NCBI GenBank assembly: GCA_019635275.1
Contig: JAHBZV010000001.1
Span: forward strand, 199,626-263,625
Source: Burkholderiaceae bacterium
GTDB taxonomy: Bacteria; Pseudomonadota; Gammaproteobacteria; Burkholderiales; Burkholderiaceae_E
Length of the DNA stretch: 64,000 nt
Direction: 5' to 3'
The notes beneath the pieces are model-generated. The model saw only the letters and a program-made list of their open reading frames with translations, was not told the origin of the DNA and searched no databases. Each line of letters starts with the position of its first letter. Position 1 is the stretch's first letter. A program made the translations under genes and the position numbers. Positions 42,762 to 52,146 of this stretch are shown piece after piece.

Positions 42762-44409
42762 CTTCGAGGAAGGCTCGCCGCGCTGGGCGGTGCGGCGCGC
42801 GCAGTGGCGCGCGCTGGGGCTGAGCGACGAGGACATGCGCAAGCCCAAGATCGCGGTCGTCAATTCGTCGTCGGAGTTGTCGATCTGCTTCAGTCACCTT
42901 GACGGCATCGCCGCGGCAGTCAAGCAGGCGGTGCGCGAGGCCGGCGGGCTGGCGTTCGAGATCCGCACCTGCGCGCCGAGCGACTTCGTCACCAGCGCGG
43001 GCAAGCAGGGCCGCTACATCCTTCCCAGCCGCGACCTGCTGGTCAACGACATCGAGGTGCAGGTCGAGGGCGCGCAGCTCGACGGCATGATCTGCCTCGC
43101 CTCGTGCGACAAGACCGCGCCTGGCCAGATGATGGCCGCGGCGCGGCTCGACGTTCCCACGCTGATCGTGCCGTGCGGCTACCAGCCGCACGGCACGCTC
43201 GACGGCTGCGCGGTCGACATCGAGGAGGTCTACGAGAGCGTGGGGCGGGTCGCGACCGGCGAGATCAGCCTGGAGCGGCTCGGCAGGATGTGCGACGTCG
43301 CGATCGGCGGGCCCGGCGTGTGCGCGGGCATGGGCACCGCAAACACGATGCATATTGCCGCCGAGGTGCTCGGGCTCGCGCTGCCGGGCGGCACGCCGGT
43401 GAGGGCGAACAGCGAGCGCATGTTCGAGTACGCGCGGGCCGCCGGCCGGCGCGTGGTCGAGGCGGTCTGGGAGGACCTGAGGCCGAGCCGGATCCTGACA
43501 CCGCAGGCGTTCGAGAACGCGGTGATGGCCGGCCTCGCGTTGTCCGCGTCGATCAACCTCGCCCGCCACCTGCAGGCGATCGCGGTCGAGGCCCGCTGCC
43601 CGGTGCAGATCTACGACCTCTACGACCGCGCCGGCGAGCGCGTGCCGCTGTTGTGCGCGGTGCGCCCCAACGGCGAAACCCGCATCGAGCAGCTGGAAGC
43701 CGCTGGCGGCGCGCGCGCGGTGATGCAGCGGCTGCGCACGCTGGTCCACGGCGAGTGCCTGACCGTGTCGGGGCGCAGCTGGGCCGAGGAGATCGCGGCC
43801 GCGCCCGAGCCCGGCGCGGTGGTGCGCACGATCGACGATCCGATCTCGCGCAAGGCCTCGGTCGTCGTGATGCGCGGCAACCTGGCGACCGAGGGCGCGA
43901 TCCTGAAGCTGGGCGACGCCGGCGGCAAGGCGTCGCGCTTCGAGGGTCGCGCGCTGGTGTTCGACTCGCAGGAGGCGGCGCTGCAGGCGCTGCGTGACGG
44001 TCGCATCGTGCCGGGCACCGTGGCGGTGCTGCGCGGCATGGGCGCGCGCGGCGGCCCGGGCATGGCGCTCGCTTCCGGCTTCGTGGCCGCGGTCGAAGGC
44101 GCGGGCCGCAGCCGCGACGTGGCGGTTGTCACCGACGGGCAGCTGTCGGGCCTGAACCGGGGCATCGCGATCGGGCTGGTCTCGCCCGAGGCGGCGGCCG
44201 GCGGGCTGATCGCGTTCGTCGAGGATGACGACCCGGTCGTCGTCGACATCGAGCGTCGCACGGTGACGCTGGCGGTCGACGAGGGCGAGCTCGCGCGCCG
44301 TCGCGAGCGCGGGCCGACCGTCGCGCCGGCCGAGGAGCGCGGCTGGCTGTCGGTCTATGCGCGCACCGTGCAGCCGATCTCGCGCGGCGCGGTGCTGATC
44401 GAACCCTGA
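42739..44409 (+). CDS. IlvD/Edd family dehydratase (divergent, probably catabolic)
   Basis: SICFSHL, SCDKT, GVCAGMGTANTM, GNLA and TDGQLSG (canonical TDGRxSG). Confidence 0.88.
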   Translation: MTRKLRSNFEEGSPRWAVRRAQWRALGLSDEDMRKPKIAVVNSSSELSICFSHLDGIAAAVKQAVREAGGLAFEIRTCAPSDFVTSAGKQGRYILPSRDLLVNDIEVQVEGAQLDGMICLASCDKTAPGQMMAAARLDVPTLIVPCGYQPHGTLDGCAVDIEEVYESVGRVATGEISLERLGRMCDVAIGGPGVCAGMGTANTMHIAAEVLGLALPGGTPVRANSERMFEYARAAGRRVVEAVWEDLRPSRILTPQAFENAVMAGLALSASINLARHLQAIAVEARCPVQIYDLYDRAGERVPLLCAVRPNGETRIEQLEAAGGARAVMQRLRTLVHGECLTVSGRSWAEEIAAAPEPGAVVRTIDDPISRKASVVVMRGNLATEGAILKLGDAGGKASRFEGRALVFDSQEAALQALRDGRIVPGTVAVLRGMGARGGPGMALASGFVAAVEGAGRSRDVAVVTDGQLSGLNRGIAIGLVSPEAAAGGLIAFVEDDDPVVVDIERRTVTLAVDEGELARRRERGPTVAPAEERGWLSVYARTVQPISRGAVLIEP

Positions 44410-44438
44410 GCCGGGTCGCTGGCGCGAGGAGCCGAGAA

Positions 44439-45782
44439 GTGACGCGAACGATCGTCGAACCCGAACGCCGCACACCGGTGATCGCCGAGCCCGACGTGCT
44501 GGTGGTGGGCGGCGGCGCGGCGGGCATCGCGGCGGCGTGCGCGGCGGCGCGCGGCGGCGCGCGAACGATGCTGGTCGAGGCCTGGGGTTGCCTCGGCGGC
44601 ACGCTGACGCTGGTCACGCTCGGTGGCTTCTGCGGCACGCACATGGTGGTCGACGACGAGCGGCTCGGGCGGGTCGTTGGCGGGCTGTACCTAGAGCTCG
44701 AAGGTCGACTCGCGGCGCGCGACGCGCTGCTGCCGCCCCGCCGCCATGGGCGCATCCTCGGCGTGCCCTACGAGTCGGCCAGCCTGAAGCTGGTCGCCGA
44801 CGAGATGGTCGCTGCCCACGGCGTGCGCGTGCTGCTGCACACCGGCGCGGTCGCGGCGCAGACCGACGGTTCGCGCGTGACGGCGGTGATCGTCGAGAAC
44901 AAGGGCGGGCGCGCGGCGATCGCGCCGCGCGTGGTCATCGACGCGTCGGGCGACGCCGACGTCGCGGCCCGGGCCGGCGCGGACTTCGCGCTGGGCGAGG
45001 AAGGCACGACGCAGTATGCGTCGACGATGTTCCGGCTCGGTGGCGTCGACACCGCGGTCGCCGGAGAACTCACGCGTCCGCAGATCCGCGAGCTGCTCGA
45101 GCGCGCGGTCGCCGACGGCTACCCGCTGCCGCGCACCACGACCGGGGTGCACGTGAATCCGCTCGAGGGCGTCGTGCACCTGAACGTGACCAAGCTCACG
45201 AATCCCGACGGCGAGCCGTTCCTGCTGGTCGATCCGGAGCAGCTGAGCGAGGCCGAGCGCGTCGGGCGACAGCAGGTGAAGCTCTACGAGGAAGTCTTCC
45301 GCCGCTACGTTCCGGGCTTCGGGCGCGCTCGCGTGATCGACATCGGCGCGCGCGTCGGCGTGCGCGAGACGCGCCTGGTGCGCGGCGACGGCGTGCTCAC
45401 CGAGGCGCACGTGCGCGGCTGCGTGAAGCCCGACGACCGCATCGCCTGCTCGTCCTGGCCGCTGGAGCTGCACGGCAAGGGCCGCGCCACGACCTGGGAG
45501 TTCCTGCCCGATGGGGAGTGGTACGGCCTGCCGTGGGCTTGCCTCGTCGTCGCGGGCTTCGACAACCTCCTGGTGGCCGGGCGCAACCTGTCGGCCGAGC
45601 ATGCGGCGCAGGCCTCGGCGCGCGTCGCCGGGCCGTGCGTCGCGATGGGCGAGGCCGCCGGCACCGCGGCGGCGATGAGCCTGTCCGCGGGCGGCGCGGT
45701 GCGCTCGGTGGCGGTCGAGGCGCTGCAGCGCAACCTGCGGCGCGCGGGCGCGGTGCTCGACCCGGTCGCCGAGCCGGGCTGA
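44439..45782 (+). CDS. FAD-dependent oxidoreductase (PF12831-like)
   Basis: DVLVVGGGAAG, IDASGDADV, GVRETR, NLLVAGR and MGEAAG. Confidence 0.88.
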   Translation: MTRTIVEPERRTPVIAEPDVLVVGGGAAGIAAACAAARGGARTMLVEAWGCLGGTLTLVTLGGFCGTHMVVDDERLGRVVGGLYLELEGRLAARDALLPPRRHGRILGVPYESASLKLVADEMVAAHGVRVLLHTGAVAAQTDGSRVTAVIVENKGGRAAIAPRVVIDASGDADVAARAGADFALGEEGTTQYASTMFRLGGVDTAVAGELTRPQIRELLERAVADGYPLPRTTTGVHVNPLEGVVHLNVTKLTNPDGEPFLLVDPEQLSEAERVGRQQVKLYEEVFRRYVPGFGRARVIDIGARVGVRETRLVRGDGVLTEAHVRGCVKPDDRIACSSWPLELHGKGRATTWEFLPDGEWYGLPWACLVVAGFDNLLVAGRNLSAEHAAQASARVAGPCVAMGEAAGTAAAMSLSAGGAVRSVAVEALQRNLRRAGAVLDPVAEPG

Positions 45783-45824
45783 GGGCCCGGACCGAGGGAC
45801 CGCGCCGACCGGCGGGCCGGCCGT

Positions 45825-46973
45825 TCAGCCGCCGAAAGCGTCGATGCCGAGCAGCTCGCGGCCGATCACCAGCTGGTTGATCTGCGTCGTGCCGTCGGGC
45901 ATGGTCAGCATCCGGGCATTTCGGAAGTGGCGTTCGACCGGGAATTCGGTGGTTAGCCCGTAGGCGCCGTGGATCTGGATCGCCTTCGAGGCGATCCGCA
46001 GCGCCGCCTCGGTCGCGTAGATCTTGGCCATCGCGGCCTCGAGGTTGCAGCGCTGCCCCTTGTCGAGCAGCGCGAGGCCCCGGTAGACCAGCAGGCGGGC
46101 CGCGTGCAGCTCGGTCGCCATGTCCGCGAGCATCGCCTGCACCAGCTGGTGGGCGCCGATCGGCCGGCCGAACTGCTCGCGCTCGCGCGCGTAGCGCAGG
46201 CTCTCCTCGAGCGCCGCCTGCGCGATGCCCAGCGCGAGGATTGCCACGAAGATGCGCGCGCGCTCGAACCCCTTCATCGTCTCGCGCAGGCCCTCGCCGA
46301 CGCCTCCGATCAGGTAGTCGTCGGCGATCCAGGTGTCGTTGAAAAAGACCTGCCCCAGCGACCAGCTCCTCAGTCCCAGCTTGGCGATCTCGCGCGTCTC
46401 GATCCGGTGCTCGCGCGGATCGACCAGGAACACCGAGAAGTCCTGCTCGCCGGTGCGGGCGGTCAGCATGATCACGTCGGCGATCGGCGCGTTCGAGATA
46501 AAGGTCTTCTCGCCGTTGACGACGAAGCCGTTGCCGCTGCGTTGCGCGCGGGTCTTCATGTTGCGAACGTTCGACCCGCCTCCCGGCTCGGTCACCGCCG
46601 AGCAGCCGATCAGCTGCCCCGAGACGAGCCCGGGCAGGTACCGCTGCCGCAGCCCGGGCGAGCCGCCGCGATGCAGCTTCATCGCTGCGCCCTCGTGCAC
46701 GTACGCGAGCCCGGCCGCATCGGGGCTCACCCGCGAGAGCTCCTCGTACAGCAGTCCGCTCGAGACGAATCCGAGCCCCAGCCCGCCGCCCTCTTCGGGC
46801 ACCCAGCCGCCGCCGATGCCGTGCCGGGACAGCAGGCCCAGTAGCTCGTGCGCGACCTGCTTCGGAAAGACCTCGTCGCGGTGGCGTGTCGCGATCGGCG
46901 CGATCTCCCGCTCGATCATGCGGCGCAGGCCGTCGACCGCCAGCCTGTCTTCGGGCGAGGGTTCGAAGATCAC
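45825..46973 (-). CDS. Acyl-CoA dehydrogenase family protein
   Basis: AVTEPGGGSN, NGEKTFISN, REQFGRPI, QIHGAYG and PDGTTQI; start GTG 46973. Confidence 0.92.
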   Translation of the reverse strand: MIFEPSPEDRLAVDGLRRMIEREIAPIATRHRDEVFPKQVAHELLGLLSRHGIGGGWVPEEGGGLGLGFVSSGLLYEELSRVSPDAAGLAYVHEGAAMKLHRGGSPGLRQRYLPGLVSGQLIGCSAVTEPGGGSNVRNMKTRAQRSGNGFVVNGEKTFISNAPIADVIMLTARTGEQDFSVFLVDPREHRIETREIAKLGLRSWSLGQVFFNDTWIADDYLIGGVGEGLRETMKGFERARIFVAILALGIAQAALEESLRYAREREQFGRPIGAHQLVQAMLADMATELHAARLLVYRGLALLDKGQRCNLEAAMAKIYATEAALRIASKAIQIHGAYGLTTEFPVERHFRNARMLTMPDGTTQINQLVIGRELLGIDAFGG

Positions 46974-46987
46974 CTTGGTCGTCTCCG

Positions 46988-48166
46988 CTATCGGCGCGGC
47001 TGCGCCGGCGCCGCCTCGCCCAGCCATTCGTCCAGCACCTGCCCGGTGTGTTCGCCCATTAGCGGGGGCGCCCGCCACCCGCCCGCGACGTCGAAACCCG
47101 AGTACTTGACGGCCGGCCCGAGCGTCGGAAGCCTGCCGTAGGCCGGATGCTCCACGTACTTCAGCATTCCGCGGTGGAGCACCTGCGGGTGCTCGAAAAC
47201 CTGCCGCATGTCGTTGACCGGCGCACAGGGCACGCCGGCACGTTCGAGCCGCTCGACGAGGTCCGCTGTCACGTGCCGGCGCACTTCGGCGTCGAGCACC
47301 TCGTAGACCGCGTCGCGGTTCTCGACCCGCTCGGCCAGCGTGCGAAAGCGCGGCGCTTCGAGCAGGTCCTCGCGCCCGATCACCTTCATGAAGGCGCGGA
47401 ACACCGACTCGTAGCCGGCGCCGATCACGACCATCCCGTCGGCGGTATCGAACACCTTGTACGGTACGATCTGCGAATGCTCTGAGCCCCATCGTCCGCG
47501 GACGTGGCCTGAGACCAGGTACTCCATCGCGGCGTCGGCCAGGAAGGCGACCTCGCTCTCGAGCAGGCTGGTCTCGATGCGCTGGCCGGCGCCCCCGGCC
47601 TGCCGGCCGTACAGCGCGACCGCGATCGCACCGAACGCGTTGACGCCGCACAGCAGGTCGAACACCGACGTGCCGAGCTTGATCGGCCTGCCGCCGCGCT
47701 CGCCGGTGATGCTCATGAAGCCGCCCTCGGCCTGCACGGTCAGGTCGAAGGCGCCCTTCTCGCTGAACGGCCCGTCGGCACCCATGCCCGACAGCGACGC
47801 ATAGATCAGCCGCGGATTGGCGGCCGACAGCGCCTCGTAGCCGAGCCCGAAGCGCTCCATTACGCCAGGCCGGTAGTTCTCGACCAGGACGTCGGCGCGC
47901 GCGGCGAGCTCCAGAGCTCGCCGGCGGTCGTCCTCGCGCTTGAGGTCGAGCACGATCGAGCGCTTGTTGCGGTTCGCGGCGAGGAAGCTCATCCCGTCGC
48001 CGTGGTGGAAGGGCGGGCCCTGATGGCGCAGCGGATCGCCCTCGGGCATCTCGACCTTGACGACGTCGGCGCCGTGGTCGCCCAGCAGCATCGTGCAGTA
48101 GGGCCCCGCGTAGATGCGGGTGAAGTCGAGCACCCGGATGCCCGCGAACGGCTTGTCGGCGCTCAC
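46988..48166 (-). CDS. CoA transferase family III (CaiB/BaiF)
   Basis: DFTRIYAGPY, GADVVKVE, NRNKRS and VENYRPG. Confidence 0.92.
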   Translation of the reverse strand: MSADKPFAGIRVLDFTRIYAGPYCTMLLGDHGADVVKVEMPEGDPLRHQGPPFHHGDGMSFLAANRNKRSIVLDLKREDDRRRALELAARADVLVENYRPGVMERFGLGYEALSAANPRLIYASLSGMGADGPFSEKGAFDLTVQAEGGFMSITGERGGRPIKLGTSVFDLLCGVNAFGAIAVALYGRQAGGAGQRIETSLLESEVAFLADAAMEYLVSGHVRGRWGSEHSQIVPYKVFDTADGMVVIGAGYESVFRAFMKVIGREDLLEAPRFRTLAERVENRDAVYEVLDAEVRRHVTADLVERLERAGVPCAPVNDMRQVFEHPQVLHRGMLKYVEHPAYGRLPTLGPAVKYSGFDVAGGWRAPPLMGEHTGQVLDEWLGEAAPAQPRR

Positions 48167-49317
48167 AGCACGCCCACCTGCGGCATCACGAACTCGCGGT
48201 GGCCCATCGCCTCGGCCCGCGTCCGCTCGCCGCTGGCCACCGCGTGCATCAGGCTCTCGATGCGGTCGGCGCCGCTCCCGATGCTGGCGCCGGACTCGAC
48301 GATGTCGGTGATGTCGACGTCAATGTGCGCGGCTAGGCGTTTGCTGCCCGCGGCCGACGCGCAGATCTTGATCACCGGGCAGATCGGCGAGCCGATCGGC
48401 GTGCCGCGCCCGGTGGTGAACAGCACCAGCTGCGCGCCCGCGGCGGCCATGCCCGCCACCGACGCGGGGTCGAGGCTCGGGTTGTCGAGCAGCCACAGGC
48501 CGCGGCCGAGCGGGGTCTCGCCGGGCGCGAGAATGCCCTCGATCGGGCTCTCGCCGCTCTTGCGTACGCCGCCGAGCGCCTTCTCGGTCAGGGTGGTGAG
48601 CCCGCCGGCCATGTTGCCCGGCGACGGGTTCGCCTCGTCAATCCGTTTGCCCCGGTGCATCGCGTTCTCGTAGAGCCGACGCAGCACCCGCAGGATGTCC
48701 TCGCGTACGCGCTCGTCGCGCGCGCGCCCGAGCAGCACATGGTCGGCGCCAAACCATCCGGCGCTCTCGCCCATCATCGAGATCCCGCCGGCACACACGA
48801 CCCGGTCGGAGACCACGCCGACAGCCGGATTCGAGGCCAACGCCGAGGTCCAGTCTGACGCGCCGCACTTGGTCGCGATGACGAGATCGGCGGCGTCGAA
48901 CGGCTCGCGCGGCTGGGCAGCGAGCGTTCGCGAGGCCTCGACCACGAAGGACCGGACGCGCTCGATCGCTTGATCGCTGCTGCCACAAGACTGGATGGCG
49001 ACGCTCTCGGCGGGCTTCAGGTCGCCGATCTCGTCGCGCAGCAGCCGCCCCGGAGTCTGCTCACAGCCCAGGCCGACGAAGCAGACCGCCCCGACGTTGG
49101 GGTTGCGCGCCAACCCCAGCAGCATCCGGTGCGTGATCTCGCGGTCGTCGTCGAGCGACATGCACCCGGCCGCCTGATCGATGCACGCGACCTCGGGGAA
49201 CTCGAAGCCGATGCGCTGCACAACGCGGTTCGCGCACGTGACCGTTGAGAGTACCAGCACGTGATTGCGCACGCCGAAGCGGCCGTCGCGACGACGGTAG
49301 CCGAGTAGCGGGGTCAT
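48163..49317 (-). CDS. UxaA/GarD family dehydratase large subunit (SuyB-like)
   Basis: GYRRRDGRFGVRN, VGLGCE, KCGASD, NPSPGN..GGLTT..EK and FTTGRG. Confidence 0.88.
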   Translation of the reverse strand: MTPLLGYRRRDGRFGVRNHVLVLSTVTCANRVVQRIGFEFPEVACIDQAAGCMSLDDDREITHRMLLGLARNPNVGAVCFVGLGCEQTPGRLLRDEIGDLKPAESVAIQSCGSSDQAIERVRSFVVEASRTLAAQPREPFDAADLVIATKCGASDWTSALASNPAVGVVSDRVVCAGGISMMGESAGWFGADHVLLGRARDERVREDILRVLRRLYENAMHRGKRIDEANPSPGNMAGGLTTLTEKALGGVRKSGESPIEGILAPGETPLGRGLWLLDNPSLDPASVAGMAAAGAQLVLFTTGRGTPIGSPICPVIKICASAAGSKRLAAHIDVDITDIVESGASIGSGADRIESLMHAVASGERTRAEAMGHREFVMPQVGVL

Positions 49318-49667
49318 CGGCGCCCCGCGAGCGACTCGTGCGCGGACAGCCAGTCGTCGAACAGGCTCGCGACGTTGTGGGCGTGCACGTGCTCGCCCGC
49401 GGCGATGTCGGCACTCGCCCGGCCGATCGCCTGGCCGTACTTGACGACCGCGTCGCCGGCAGCGATCGGGGCGAGCGCGACCTTGTGGCCCATTGGGACT
49501 GGCGTGCGCACCGCCATCACCCGCCCGAGCACTTCGAAATGATCGCCGCTGTCCAGTGCCTCAAGCGCGTTTGCCACGTTGTCCCGGGCGTCGACCGCGA
49601 GCACTCGTCGAGTGGATGCGGGCTTGGCGGCCCGCTGCGACTCAACGGCGGACTTGTCTGAAACCAT
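49314..49667 (-). CDS. SAF-domain small subunit of a split UxaA-family dehydratase (SuyA-like)
   Basis: DNVA.AL, VPMGHKVAL, VKYG..IG and GEHVH.HN; start ATG 49667. Confidence 0.88.
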   Translation of the reverse strand: MVSDKSAVESQRAAKPASTRRVLAVDARDNVANALEALDSGDHFEVLGRVMAVRTPVPMGHKVALAPIAAGDAVVKYGQAIGRASADIAAGEHVHAHNVASLFDDWLSAHESLAGRR

Positions 49668-49720
49668 GCGTGGGTTTCCTTGTGGCACGGGTCGCCCTCG
49701 AGCAGATCTTCCCGGAAAAT

Positions 49721-49731
49721 TGGTCTGACCA
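49721..49731. promoter_or_regulatory. FadR-subfamily operator TGGTCTGACCA
   Basis: TGGT-N3-ACCA preceded by AAAAT, 53 bp upstream of the SAF-domain gene. Confidence 0.6.
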
Positions 49732-50438
49732 CGGCACCTGCGCGTAATCTAGCGACCGGGGGTTGCGGCGTCAACTCTTGTTCCGACGGTTGCGCGACCG
49801 TATGGCAGCCGCATCCATATGTTGTGGCCATCCGAGGACGCGTGATCCCTTGTCAATCCCTGGCGGGCGCCAATCAGTCGGGTGCTGTTCGCGTGCCATT
49901 CGCAGCTTCTGAGGTCCTCGTGGGCCCAGTGCCGGAGGCCAAGCTTCAGAGACCAGCCCCTACGTGACGTGGTAATCGGTACTGATTTCGGCGGTAATCT
50001 CCCGCTTGGAGTTTGGTCGCGGGTCGCCGGTTTTTGTGCCGCCTGAATCCAGGTCAGCCGCCAGGAAAGGGGAATCGACTTGGACGAAAGTGGGTCGACG
50101 AAGCAACGTTGCCCCACGTCCTGGACTGCCGTGTGGTGCGCTCGATCAAAGCCACCGGATCGCTGAAGACTGCGTGGCCCGGCTGCATTGGTTCTACACT
50201 CGTATGGCGATTGGTCCACATGAGCGATAGGATTCCTGAGCAATGAGTGGTTTTCCCAGAAGACCAAATCGAGAACGCGGTGAATCGGACCAAGGACGGC
50301 GTGTCGCCCGCATGATTGGCGCCAGGTGCTGGCGCAGGGGTACGGCAGGCTTGAGCAACAGACCCAGCTGCATTGATGTATCGACTGACAGACCAACGAT
50401 TGTCGGGGATCTCCTCCCCTCGTCGTAGGAGGACATTG

Positions 50439-50504
50439 ATGCATTCCCCCGCAGGACTAAGCCGGCGCCAAGCGTCTCAGCGACTCGAAGTGTCGGTGAA
50501 ATGA
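50439..50504 (+). other. 21-aa ORF with strong RBS, coupled to fccA (leader peptide or remnant of a Tat-exported gene)
   Basis: AGGAGG at 50427, then MHSPAGLSRRQASQRLEVSVK*; the stop overlaps the fccA ATG (ATGA). Confidence 0.4.
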
Positions 50505-50866
50505 CCTTCCGCCTTTCACTGTCATCACGTCGGAAATCGTGCGTTACGATGCCGGCCATTTGCTTGGTGCTCTTTGCCTTGATGGCACCGACCCTTGCCG
50601 CCGAGGACATCGACCGCCAGGCACGCGTCTGGGCCTCGTCCTGCGCGGGCTGCCACGGCACCGACGGCCGCTCGCAAGGGGCCTTCCCGTGTATCGCCGG
50701 CCGCGACGCCGACGACCTCTATCGCGCGATGGTCGAGTTCAAGACCGGCGTGCGCTCCTACGCGTCGGTGATGCATCAGCACGCGAGCGCCTGGACCGAC
50801 GACGAGCTGCGCCGCATCGCGCGGTTCTTCGCTGCCCAGTCCGCCCCGTCGGCAGGCAATCGATGA
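50501..50866 (+). CDS. fccA: Flavocytochrome c sulfide dehydrogenase, monoheme cytochrome subunit
   Basis: Signal peptide, SCAGCHGTDG and SVMHQHA (Met ligand); coupled to fccB. Alternative start at 50549. Confidence 0.8.
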   Translation: MTFRLSLSSRRKSCVTMPAICLVLFALMAPTLAAEDIDRQARVWASSCAGCHGTDGRSQGAFPCIAGRDADDLYRAMVEFKTGVRSYASVMHQHASAWTDDELRRIARFFAAQSAPSAGNR

Positions 50867-52131
50867 CGGACGCGCGTCGACGCCGGTTGCTCGGCGCCGG
50901 GCTGGCCGGCAGCTCGCTCGCATTGCTCGGCAGCGCCAGCGCGGCCACCCGTGCGCCGATCGGCCGCGTGGTCGTGATCGGCGGCGGTTTCGCCGGCGCC
51001 ACTGCGGCGAAGTACATCCGCAAGTGGGAGCCGCGCATCGAGGTGACGCTGGTCGAGCGCAACGAGCACTTCCTGTCCTGTCCGCTCAGCAATCTGGTGG
51101 TGGCCGGCCTGCGCGAGATGTCGGACATCACCTTGTCGTACTCGGGGCTCGCCAGGTACGGGGTGAAACTCGTGCGCGACGAGGCGACGGTGATCGACGT
51201 CGACCGCAAGCAGGTGCGCCTCGCGCGCGGCGCGCCGCTGTCGTACGACCGGCTCGTGGTCGCGCCGGGCATCGACTTCCGCTTCGATCAGGTGCCCGGC
51301 CTGGCCGCGGCCGACGCGAGCGGCCGGGTGCTGCACGCGTGGAAGGCGGGCCCGCAGACCGCGGCGCTGCGCAGGCAGCTCGAGGCGCTGCCGAACGGCG
51401 GCGTGTTCGCGATTTCGATCCCGCGCGTGCCGTTCCGCTGCCCGCCCGGACCATACGAGCGCGCCAGCCTGGTTGCGCACTACTTCAAGACCGCCAAGCC
51501 GAGGTCCAAGGTCGTGGTCCTCGATGCGAATCCGGAGATCGCCTCGAAGAAGGAGCTGTTCCGCAAGGCCTGGGACGAGCTGTACCCCGGCATCATCGAG
51601 TACCGGCCCGACAGCGAACTGACCGAGTTCGACGCGCGCGCCGGTGCGGCCGTGCTGCAGGTCGAGGACTTCAAGGCCGACCTGTTCAACGTCATCCCGC
51701 CGCAGCAGGCCGGCCGGATTGCGCAACCGCTGATCACGGTCGACGGCAGGTGGGTCGGCGTCGAGTTCCAGACCTTCGAATCCGTGAAGGTGCCCGGCAT
51801 CCACGTGATCGGCGACGCGATCTCGCCGGCCTACGGGATGCCGAAATCCGGCTACATGGCGAACAACCAGGCGAAGGTGGTGGCCGATGCGGTGATCGCG
51901 CGGCTCACCGGCCAGCCGATCGACGAGGCGCCGATCGTTGCCAGCACCTGCTACAGCTTCGTCTCCGACCGCGAGGCCGTCCACGTGGCCAGCGTCCACA
52001 GGTGGGATGCCACGAAGAAAACGCTGATGCCGGTGCACGGCGCCGGGGGGCTTTCGGCGGCGCGCAACGAACTCGAGGGCCAGTATGCGCTGTCCTGGGC
52101 GCGCAACACCTGGGCCGACATCCTGAACTGA
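50863..52131 (+). CDS. fccB: Flavocytochrome c sulfide dehydrogenase, flavoprotein subunit (FccB/SoxF)
   Basis: Tat-like RRRLL, GGGFAG, SCPLSN, HAWKAG, RCPPGPYERA, MPKSG and TCYS. Confidence 0.9.
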   Translation: MTDARRRRLLGAGLAGSSLALLGSASAATRAPIGRVVVIGGGFAGATAAKYIRKWEPRIEVTLVERNEHFLSCPLSNLVVAGLREMSDITLSYSGLARYGVKLVRDEATVIDVDRKQVRLARGAPLSYDRLVVAPGIDFRFDQVPGLAAADASGRVLHAWKAGPQTAALRRQLEALPNGGVFAISIPRVPFRCPPGPYERASLVAHYFKTAKPRSKVVVLDANPEIASKKELFRKAWDELYPGIIEYRPDSELTEFDARAGAAVLQVEDFKADLFNVIPPQQAGRIAQPLITVDGRWVGVEFQTFESVKVPGIHVIGDAISPAYGMPKSGYMANNQAKVVADAVIARLTGQPIDEAPIVASTCYSFVSDREAVHVASVHRWDATKKTLMPVHGAGGLSAARNELEGQYALSWARNTWADILN

Positions 52132-52146
52132 TCGCCGGATCGCCGG

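Noticed and set aside
42739-44409. Housekeeping ilvD of branched-chain amino acid synthesis
   Set aside because: Divergent motifs and a position inside a catabolic operon argue for a paralogue, so no gene symbol was assigned.
49883-49898. Sigma54 promoter on the minus strand (TGGCACGCGAACAGC)
   Set aside because: The -12 element is CAGC rather than TTGC, it is far from the gene start, and there is no enhancer-binding protein in the window.
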